A DNA stretch of 34,807 bases from a virus (lineage: Duplodnaviria; Caudoviricetes): positions 1-34,807 of IMG/VR virus record IMGVR_UViG_3300033067_000317; one strand, 5' to 3'. A model generated the notes under the pieces. That model did not search any database and was not told the origin of the DNA. It was given only the letters and a program-made list of their open reading frames with translations. The translations under genes and the position numbers were made by a program. Each line of letters begins with the position of its first letter. The stretch's first letter is position 1. Below, piece after piece: positions 16,513 through 23,225 of this stretch.

Positions 16513-16813
16513 TGGGTCACGCATTGTCACGCATTGTCACGCGCAAAATGCCCGTGACCCAGCCCGAAACCCGCATGGCTATTGGGTTTGCGGGGTTTCT
16601 GGGTCAAATTGTCAAAAAAAAAGCTGAGGCCCACGTTTTGCGGCGTGTGTCGTGCGCGCTGCGCTATCCCTATATATATATACATTTTTTAGTGAACAGC
16701 TAAAAAAAAATGACAATTTGACCCAGAAACCGCTGGAACCCGCATGCCTATTGGGTTTGCGCATGGGTCACGCATGCTCGCCGGCGTGACAATCCGTGAC
16801 AATGTGTGACAAT
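16513..16813. repeat. dyad-symmetric iteron array around an AT-rich core; putative replication origin
   Basis: Perfect 21-bp inverted repeat 16594-16614/16711-16731; three GTCAC boxes at 10-bp period on the left and three GTGACAAT on the right; 25-bp near-perfect direct repeat; (TA)n core. Confidence 0.75.
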
Positions 16814-16837
16814 TTTTTGGGCCTAGAAGAAAAATTC

Positions 16838-16867
16838 TTGCTATCTTGTAAAAGAATCTGTTACACT
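16838..16867 (+). promoter_or_regulatory. sigma70-type early promoter with overlapping TGTAA-N9-TTACA palindrome
   Basis: TTGCTA (16838-43), 18-bp spacer, TG-n-TACACT (16862-67); A-rich upstream element; palindrome 16847-16865. Confidence 0.6.
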
Positions 16868-16899
16868 ATCAGCACCAACAACCCAAAAGGAACCAAACC

Positions 16900-17112
16900 A
16901 TGAAAACTGAAATTCTGATCTACGGCTTGCCCAAAGGCGAAGCCCGCGACTACATGGAAGACTTGCTTGCGTGTTTTCCCGTGACTGACAAAGCCGCGTC
17001 AAACATCGAAAAGGTCAAATCCGCTGCTAGCGCTCAAGGCTTTCATTCTTTCCGTATCACTGGCTTTGTTCCCGGCACTAAGCCTAACTTTGCTAAGGCG
17101 GTGAACGTATGA
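16900..17112 (+). CDS. early hypothetical protein
   Basis: 70 aa; AAGGA RBS; first gene after the promoter. Confidence 0.75.
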   Translation: MKTEILIYGLPKGEARDYMEDLLACFPVTDKAASNIEKVKSAASAQGFHSFRITGFVPGTKPNFAKAVNV

Positions 17113-17249
17113 CAAGCATCAAGGTTTTAGAAAACAGCATCTTTTGGCAAAAGCAAGTGATTGCGCAAAGCCGCGATCCAAAACAAATTGAACGATGCAA
17201 AGCCGCCATTGTCAAACTTGAACAGCAACTTAAAGAGGCCCAAAAATGA
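17109..17249 (+). CDS. 46-aa hypothetical protein
   Basis: MTSIKVLENSIFWQKQVIAQSRDPKQIERCKAAIVKLEQQLKEAQK; ATGA overlaps at both ends. Confidence 0.65.
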   Translation: MTSIKVLENSIFWQKQVIAQSRDPKQIERCKAAIVKLEQQLKEAQK

Positions 17250-17389
17250 GCAAGCATCAACTGACCTACATCGACATGTACCCGCAACCCGTCACACAGC
17301 GTGAGCCGTCCACCCTTGCCATCTGGGCCGGCGCTGCTGCTGTGCTGGGCGCGCTGTACCTGTTAACCGTTGTTTTGTTTTCCCTGTAA
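17246..17389 (+). CDS. 47-aa protein with C-terminal TM helix
   Basis: MSKHQLTYIDMYPQPVTQREPSTLAIWAGAAAVLGALYLLTVVLFSL; GAGG RBS; ATGA overlap. Confidence 0.65.
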   Translation: MSKHQLTYIDMYPQPVTQREPSTLAIWAGAAAVLGALYLLTVVLFSL

Positions 17390-17414
17390 CCCGTAACCCT
17401 GTAAGGATCAAACC

Positions 17415-17705
17415 ATGTCCACTCGAATCACACGCGCTTTCCTTGACGCAAGAGTCGCCACCCTCAACAGCATGACTAAATCACCTGCCGAACCCTATCG
17501 CACTGTTGACGGCAAAACCGTGGCCAATGCGGGCAACTATCACATCAGCGGTGCATACGGCGGGTACAGCCTGCACCGCATGTGCAACGCGTCGGGGGGT
17601 GTGTCTGACGTGTTTAGCGTTGGCCATATCCCCGCCCGTCAATTGGCCGCGCTCATGTCTGCCTACATGACCGGTCTGTATGACGCCACAAGGGGTGCAG
17701 CATGA
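17415..17705 (+). CDS. early hypothetical protein
   Basis: 96 aa; AAGGA RBS; GNYHISGAYGGY.L motif. Confidence 0.75.
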   Translation: MSTRITRAFLDARVATLNSMTKSPAEPYRTVDGKTVANAGNYHISGAYGGYSLHRMCNASGGVSDVFSVGHIPARQLAALMSAYMTGLYDATRGAA

Positions 17706-17986
17706 CACCTTACAAGATCACCTGCCTGAGAAATCAAGTGCACATCGTTGGGCCGACTATCCGGCGCTTGCGTCAGGTAGTCGCGCACCACTACGCCCAC
17801 CGACACGACGGGCGTGGGTCTAAGGCCGTCAAGAGTTGGATAGAGGAGCTACGACGCGCTGATCGTGCTAGCGGGTACAGCGCCGCCGTGGCGGCTTTGG
17901 CTCAATTTGACAGGAACGACGACGACGACCACGGGTTGACCCACGCCGACAGGGCGCAGTTCTACGGGCCTTCGGTGCGGTTATGA
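17702..17986 (+). CDS. hypothetical protein
   Basis: 94 aa; ATGA-coupled on both sides. Confidence 0.6.
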   Translation: MTPYKITCLRNQVHIVGPTIRRLRQVVAHHYAHRHDGRGSKAVKSWIEELRRADRASGYSAAVAALAQFDRNDDDDHGLTHADRAQFYGPSVRL

Positions 17987-18126
17987 GGGTCACGGAGTTC
18001 TGGCAGTGGCTAGCGGACCTAGCCGATGCAACCGACAACGCGCCCATTGACATGCCAAGCGCGGAACATGCTTTTTTAACCGGCCGCACCGTGGCCGAAT
18101 ACTTGGAGAACCTCAAATGCGAATGA
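17983..18126 (+). CDS. 47-aa hypothetical protein
   Basis: MRVTEFWQWLADLADATDNAPIDMPSAEHAFLTGRTVAEYLENLKCE; fills the gap with ATGA overlaps. Confidence 0.55.
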   Translation: MRVTEFWQWLADLADATDNAPIDMPSAEHAFLTGRTVAEYLENLKCE

Positions 18127-18329
18127 CAATTGAAGAGCAAGAGCGCCTGGCCTACGTTACGGGCGACACCGACAAGGCCGCGCTATTGGCCAGGCTTGAC
18201 GATATGCACCACGCACTTGGGCAGGGCGTGGCCGCGCTCGAAGCGGTGGCGCACAACCCAATGACGGCCAAACAGGCACGCGGCGCGGCCGCTGAAGGCT
18301 TGGTTATGGTTAAGAGGGCCAACACATGA
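18123..18329 (+). CDS. hypothetical protein
   Basis: MTIEEQERLAYVTGD..AALLARLD; ATGA overlap (alternative start 18117). Confidence 0.65.
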   Translation: MTIEEQERLAYVTGDTDKAALLARLDDMHHALGQGVAALEAVAHNPMTAKQARGAAAEGLVMVKRANT

Positions 18330-18658
18330 CCACCGACACCTCAACCCGCGTTTTAGCCGTCCTGGCGCTATTGAAGGACAAGGGGCCCATGTCACACATT
18401 GATCTTGAGCGCCGGTTAGACATGCGGCACTTAAGCCGGGATCTATCCGCCATGGAGCAAGCGCACCTGATCGCGGGCGTTGCCAAGCCGGGCCGCCCGC
18501 GCACGTTCAAGATCACCAGTCAGGGTTACGGCCGGTTAGGCACCCAGCGAGCGCCTTACAGCGCCGCATACGCGCCCTACGTGCCACCAGCGCCGCCCGT
18601 GCTAAGGGTAGGTTCAGAGCGGGCCTTGGCGATCCCTTCACGGGGGTTTCCAACATGA
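18326..18658 (+). CDS. winged helix-turn-helix protein
   Basis: VLALLKDKGPMS..DL...L....LSRDLSAMEQAHLI...TFKIT..G pattern (MarR/ArsR-like). Confidence 0.6.
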   Translation: MTTDTSTRVLAVLALLKDKGPMSHIDLERRLDMRHLSRDLSAMEQAHLIAGVAKPGRPRTFKITSQGYGRLGTQRAPYSAAYAPYVPPAPPVLRVGSERALAIPSRGFPT

Positions 18659-18708
18659 TCTATGCTTGCTTAGCGTTAGTCCTGCAAATACTGGCAGGAA
18701 AGAAATAA
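18655..18708 (+). CDS. possible 17-aa hydrophobic peptide
   Basis: MIYACLALVLQILAGKK; ATGA overlap with the upstream gene, GGGGG upstream, stop abuts the terminator. Confidence 0.4.
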   Translation: MIYACLALVLQILAGKK

Positions 18709-18731
18709 GGGCCCACAAGGGGCCCTTTTTT
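18707..18731 (+). terminator. intrinsic terminator of the early operon (possibly bidirectional)
   Basis: AAGGGCCC-acaag-GGGCCCTT followed by a T run; lies between convergent genes. Confidence 0.8.
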
Positions 18732-18754
18732 ATTTCATACTAATGATTTATTTA

Positions 18755-21037
18755 TCATGCCAGCCTGGCGGCCGTTGGTGCCTCAGCTAGCCGCCTAAGC
18801 TCGGATTTTGACAAGTGGCCCATGTCAGGTGCGCAGAAGATATGTTTTTTGTTGGGCAGCTCGTGCGACGCCAGCCGCCCACAGTCAACCCAGCGGCACG
18901 CCTTGAGGGCGTGCATCAGCGCGGCCGGGGGGATCTTGGTGCCGGGCGGGGCCATGCCTTGGAGCCGGTCACACAACAAGGTGAAGGGGGACGCCACCAC
19001 GCCACGCGAGAAATCGCCCTGCTTGCGCTCGATTAGATCCACGATAAACGCCTCAGCCATGCTTTGGCCCTGTTCGGTCATGATGGCCTTGGCTTCGGTC
19101 ATGGGCGGGGCTGCGTTCGGGTTAAACGCCGACACGTCACGCGTGGCCAGGTAATGCGCCACGGCCGCGAAACCGCCCCGGTTCTTGTACCAATTCCACA
19201 GGCCCACGGCCTCGGTTTCGGGCAGCTTGTCGCACTCGGCCCACAGGCAAAACCAGCGCCTGTCCTCAGTTGAGATTGTGATAGCGGCACGCTCGTTTGA
19301 AAAAGCCACCACCAGGACCCGGTTTAGGGCCATGTAGGGGTGCAGGCCCTTGCGGTTGATCGGCAGCAGCTCAGGCGGGGCGGCAATGATGGGCTTAAGG
19401 GTGTTCTCAAGTGAGCGCCTGTCCTTGGCTTCGCTTTGTCGCAGCTCGGCGATCTCCATGACCTCACACTCGAGGGCATAGCCCCACTGTGAGGTGAGGT
19501 CCTCGTTCTTGACCAGTGAACAGTTGGACTTGCTCGGGCCACCGATGGCCCAGAAAAAGGGGGCAAAGAGGGTGTCTTTGCCTGAGCCGTGCGTGCCGCC
19601 CATGAGAATAGCGTGGTTGATCTTGTGGCCGGGGAACTGGACCTTGTGGGCCATGACGTTCAGCAGGTGCTCACGCTCGAACTCGATGGGAATCAAGCGC
19701 TCAAGGTGGGTCAGCCACCGGGACACGTCGCCTGGCACAGGTTTAGGCCTGGCGTCACGCCAGCGGTTGCCATACTGCTGCCCGTCGCGGGTCACGAACA
19801 CGTCACCGCCCGCAGCGTAGGTCACGCCGACAATAGTGGCTGCGCCCTTGGCCTCTCGGTTCTCGTCAAAACAGGCGGACGCCTCGATCTTGCGGGCGTT
19901 GTGGATCGACTTGCAGCCGATGTGGCGAAACAGGGCGTTGAAGCTGCCCCGGCTGATCTCGCGGCGGTCGCCAATGTCGAAATAGGCGTCATCGTCCACG
20001 ACATAGGCAAAACGCTCGTACCAGTCCTCTTTCTCCAGCCTTGCCATCTCCTTGCGCTCAGTTTCGGCCACAACGAGCGCACCAGTGTTTGGGAACTGCT
20101 CCGTCGGCGTCAGCTTGGACAATGCGGAGTCCATCGCACGGGTTAGCAGCTCGTCACGCAGGCCAGGCTCATGGCGGGGGCCACCGTTGTCGGCCACCCA
20201 ATCCAAGAACACGCGGCTGGTCAGCTCGGTGCAGTGGCTGTGCAGGCAGCAAAACGCACGGGTGGAGGGCAGGTAGCGGCCCTCTGGGTTGCCGTCGGTG
20301 TGCTCGACGCTGTTGGGGCAGATCACGCCAGCCCAGCCCTCTTGGTTCGGGTTAGAGATCACCATGCCGTTGTCGGACAGCCACGCCATCACGTCGTCGC
20401 CACCGTCGTCCGCCACGCGCACAGGCGAGTACACGGCCTCGACCGGGCCGGGCGTCACCTGCATGGCGGTGCACAGCTCGTCCAAGGTGTACTCTCGCTC
20501 GGGGTTGAACTCGACCAGCACGGCCGCGAAGTTGTCCTTGCCAGGCTTCAAGTTGATCGAGCCGGGCAGCCGGAAATTGCGCACGGCGTTGATCGCGCCC
20601 TTGTCGGTGTAGCCTGCCTCGGCAATCGCCTTGATGGCGGCGGCGAAGTCACCCTTGCGCGGCTGCTCGCTGAAGGCGTAGCCCCATTGGAACGAGCCGG
20701 GCGACGTCTCCATGACCCAAGTCGGGGGTAGAGGGCAGGTGTTGGGCACCTTGTCGGTCCCCACGTCATCCAGCACCATGACCAGCACGTATTCGCAGTT
20801 GGCGGCGCTGGCGGACGGGTGGCCGTCCTTGAAGCGGTCGATGATGAAGCTGGCGGTGTTGCCGTAGATCGCCCAGTCGGGCTTGATCTTGGCCGTAGGC
20901 ATCATGGCGGGCCAGGTGGCCTTGATAGCGCCATCGGCATGGAACTGCAACTCATTGCCGACGGGCTTCTGGCGCACGATCAGCGCCGTCTCACCCTCAG
21001 CGGCAAGTGAGCAGATATAATTCAAGAGCGTTTTCAT
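18755..21037 (-). CDS. primase-helicase (RepB-like AEP primase + Zn module + SF3/DUF5906-like helicase)
   Basis: VMVLDD, ETSPGSFQWGY and RNFRLPGSIN primase motifs; CPN...H...CLHSHC; Walker A GTHGSGKDT; FSNE motif C. Confidence 0.88.
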   Translation of the reverse strand: MKTLLNYICSLAAEGETALIVRQKPVGNELQFHADGAIKATWPAMMPTAKIKPDWAIYGNTASFIIDRFKDGHPSASAANCEYVLVMVLDDVGTDKVPNTCPLPPTWVMETSPGSFQWGYAFSEQPRKGDFAAAIKAIAEAGYTDKGAINAVRNFRLPGSINLKPGKDNFAAVLVEFNPEREYTLDELCTAMQVTPGPVEAVYSPVRVADDGGDDVMAWLSDNGMVISNPNQEGWAGVICPNSVEHTDGNPEGRYLPSTRAFCCLHSHCTELTSRVFLDWVADNGGPRHEPGLRDELLTRAMDSALSKLTPTEQFPNTGALVVAETERKEMARLEKEDWYERFAYVVDDDAYFDIGDRREISRGSFNALFRHIGCKSIHNARKIEASACFDENREAKGAATIVGVTYAAGGDVFVTRDGQQYGNRWRDARPKPVPGDVSRWLTHLERLIPIEFEREHLLNVMAHKVQFPGHKINHAILMGGTHGSGKDTLFAPFFWAIGGPSKSNCSLVKNEDLTSQWGYALECEVMEIAELRQSEAKDRRSLENTLKPIIAAPPELLPINRKGLHPYMALNRVLVVAFSNERAAITISTEDRRWFCLWAECDKLPETEAVGLWNWYKNRGGFAAVAHYLATRDVSAFNPNAAPPMTEAKAIMTEQGQSMAEAFIVDLIERKQGDFSRGVVASPFTLLCDRLQGMAPPGTKIPPAALMHALKACRWVDCGRLASHELPNKKHIFCAPDMGHLSKSELRRLAEAPTAARLA

Positions 21038-21053
21038 GATTGGTTCCTTTTAG

Positions 21054-21081
21054 CGCCCGGCTCCCACCGGGCGTTTTCTTT
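21054..21081 (+). terminator. hairpin between polymerase stop and primase RBS; T-tract on the plus (antisense) strand
   Basis: CGCCCGG-ctccca-CCGGGCG-TTTTCTTT. Confidence 0.55.
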
Positions 21082-23015
21082 TATGAGTAACGGGTGGTGG
21101 TCACACCCTCAGCGCCAAGGGGCAAGCCCTCGGCCCAGGCGGGCGCGGTGCACATGATCCGGTGCATATGGGCGGCGACTGCCTCAGCGTCAGCGGCCGG
21201 GCACTCGACCACGATTTCGTCGTGGACGTGCGCGATAACACCATCAAGCTGGCGCAGCGACTCGCGCAAGATGTCGTTAGCCGTGGCCTGCACGACGTTC
21301 TCACAGGCCAAGCCCTTCCAAAGACGGGCGCGGGGCCACTCCTTGGCATCTGCTGCTGGTTTCCATGCTGCTTTGGTGTAGGTCACGTTGCCTTGGTCGT
21401 CAAACTTGGCGTTTGGGTAGCAAAGCACCCTGCCGGACGGGAGAGCATACCAAAGGGTCTGACCGTCGAACAAGTACACAATCCGACCTGCCTTAAATTC
21501 ATGCCCTTTGTTTCTCATCGCACGAAGGTAAGCGTCCTCTAAGACGTTGCCATGCTGCATGGCCCAAGGGTTCGCCTTGCGCCAGCCGTCTACGGCCCGC
21601 TGCACCTCGCCAGGCGACAGATGGATGCCGTAGGCGCGGCCAAACACAGCGAACGCGCCCACACCACCCAAGAACCCGAGTGCCAGCTCCTGCACTTTGC
21701 CGATCTGCCGCTGGTCGCCGGTCACCTCGGTGTAGTCAACACGGAAGGTAGCGGCTGCGTTGACCTTGTACGGGTCAAGGCCCGAGCGGAACACGTCCAG
21801 CTTGGCCTCGCCTGCCTTGCAGTTGGACAGCCAAGGGTGCACGCGACCCTCGATGGCCGACCAGTCGTAGGCGATCAGGACGTTGCCGGGCGCGGCCACG
21901 ATGGCGGGCCGGAGCATCGTCTTCAAGACGTCGGTGACCCTGGTGCCGAACTGTGGAACAATTTTGTGGCCTCGAACCATTGCTGTGCGGACGGCGTCAG
22001 GCTCTTTTGCGCTCTTACGTGGGAAATTATGGACTTGAGCGCCGTAGGATGAAGCGCGCCCTGTTGCACTGCCTCCAGCAAAAACAAGGGCACCCCGGAC
22101 TCGGTGGTCTTCCTCGTCTGCCAACTGCGCAAGGCGGCTGAACTTCGCAACGCTCGACGCCCAGAGGTCATCGGCGCACTGTATAACCTCGGCCACATCG
22201 GGCGGAACTTCATCTGGATTCTCCATCGCGAGCAGGTTGGCCCGCACGTTCTTGTCAATGCTGTACTTCTCGCCGGTCCACATGAGCTTCTTGGCCTCGT
22301 CACCGACACGGGCCAGCACCCACTCGCGCATCTTGGGGCTGCGCACGCTGGTGATCTCGCCCTCTGTCACCTCTGTGACAATCTGTTGGATCTCGACCAT
22401 CTCGTCAGCGGCGAACTTCACCGCCGCGTGGCACAGCGGCACGTCCACCAAGATGCCGCGGTCGTTGATCCGCTCGTTGACGTGATAGTCGGCCAGCTCG
22501 GTGTCGGACAGTGGGCGCAGCGCTTGGCTGATCGCCCGCATAGCACGAACATCCTGCTCACAATAGCGGACCATCTCGTCCATCAGCGCAGCGTCCTCGC
22601 GGAACTGGCCGTTGGCCTGCGGGATAGACAGCAAGCGGATCAGCTGGCTGCCTCTGTGGTCCTTGCGCATGTCAGCGCCAGCGAAGCGGCCCACATCTTC
22701 GAGCGAGCCGGGGGCACAGTTGGCGCGGGCCTGCGTGGCGGTGCAGTAGAACTGCTCGAGCTTGAAATTGATCTGGAGGACGTACCAAAAGATCAGCCGT
22801 TCAAAGGTGGCATTATGTGCGTAGATCAGGCCGGTATGATTGCGCACAGCGGCTGGGAATTCCTGAGGGGGTAGCCATGTCTGCACCTCCCCATCGTCAA
22901 AGGCATAGGACATGCACAGCACCTCGGTGCTCATGTCTTGGACGTAGTTATAAACACCGTGTTTCTTGAGATCGCAGCGACTGCGCGACTCGAAATCCAA
23001 AAAAAGTTTGGTCAT
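21081..23015 (-). CDS. polA: family A DNA polymerase with 3'-5' exonuclease
   Basis: ExoI DFE, ExoII HNATFE, ExoIII YCEQD; motif A DWSAIEGR, motif B RQIGKVQELALGF, motif C VHDE; start moved to MTKLFLDFE. Confidence 0.93.
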   Translation of the reverse strand: MTKLFLDFESRSRCDLKKHGVYNYVQDMSTEVLCMSYAFDDGEVQTWLPPQEFPAAVRNHTGLIYAHNATFERLIFWYVLQINFKLEQFYCTATQARANCAPGSLEDVGRFAGADMRKDHRGSQLIRLLSIPQANGQFREDAALMDEMVRYCEQDVRAMRAISQALRPLSDTELADYHVNERINDRGILVDVPLCHAAVKFAADEMVEIQQIVTEVTEGEITSVRSPKMREWVLARVGDEAKKLMWTGEKYSIDKNVRANLLAMENPDEVPPDVAEVIQCADDLWASSVAKFSRLAQLADEEDHRVRGALVFAGGSATGRASSYGAQVHNFPRKSAKEPDAVRTAMVRGHKIVPQFGTRVTDVLKTMLRPAIVAAPGNVLIAYDWSAIEGRVHPWLSNCKAGEAKLDVFRSGLDPYKVNAAATFRVDYTEVTGDQRQIGKVQELALGFLGGVGAFAVFGRAYGIHLSPGEVQRAVDGWRKANPWAMQHGNVLEDAYLRAMRNKGHEFKAGRIVYLFDGQTLWYALPSGRVLCYPNAKFDDQGNVTYTKAAWKPAADAKEWPRARLWKGLACENVVQATANDILRESLRQLDGVIAHVHDEIVVECPAADAEAVAAHMHRIMCTAPAWAEGLPLGAEGVTTTRYS

Positions 23016-23018
23016 TGG

Positions 23019-23122
23019 GAAAAACAAAAAAGCCCTGTTCTGCATTCTCGCCGTGAGGCGTTGGCGGACCCGCAAGGTGCGAGCAGAATGCAGAACAGGG
23101 CTTACCTTGAACACGCCGCCAA
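23019..23122 (-). promoter_or_regulatory. terminator/anti-terminator leader immediately upstream of the polymerase start
   Basis: Perfect 19-bp stem 23030-23048/23085-23103 followed by UUUUUGUUUUU; upstream UUGGCGG..CAAGGU is complementary to ACCUUG..CCGCCAA in its loop. Confidence 0.7.
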
Positions 23123-23144
23123 GCGTGGAGTAAATTCTAACAGG

Positions 23145-23219
23145 CGGGGCCTACTCGCTGCGCTGCCGACCTTCATGGCTATGGGCCATGCGTCATCACA
23201 GCATCCGCTTTCGGCCCCG
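23145..23219 (-). ncRNA. 75-nt structured RNA candidate of unknown family
   Basis: Closing stem CGGGGCC/GGCCCCG, GAA/AGUA loop-E-like internal loop, GCUG/CAGC stem, apical CAUGGC/GCCAUG hairpin; intergenic. Confidence 0.55.
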
Positions 23220-23225
23220 TGTCAC

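Noticed and set aside
16513-16813. CRISPR array, transposon ends or protelomerase telomere site
   Set aside because: No repeat-spacer periodicity, no transposase or protelomerase gene, and the centre is not a continuous palindrome.
23016-23114. 33-aa N-terminal extension of PolA from GTG 23114
   Set aside because: Runs through the hairpin and has no SD; the ExoI motif lies a few residues after Met 23015. A regulatory role for this open frame cannot be fully excluded.
23145-23219. tRNA or tmRNA fragment (75 nt, 7-bp GGGGCC stem)
   Set aside because: No T-arm GTTC, D-arm, anticodon arm or CCA; kept only as an unknown structured RNA.
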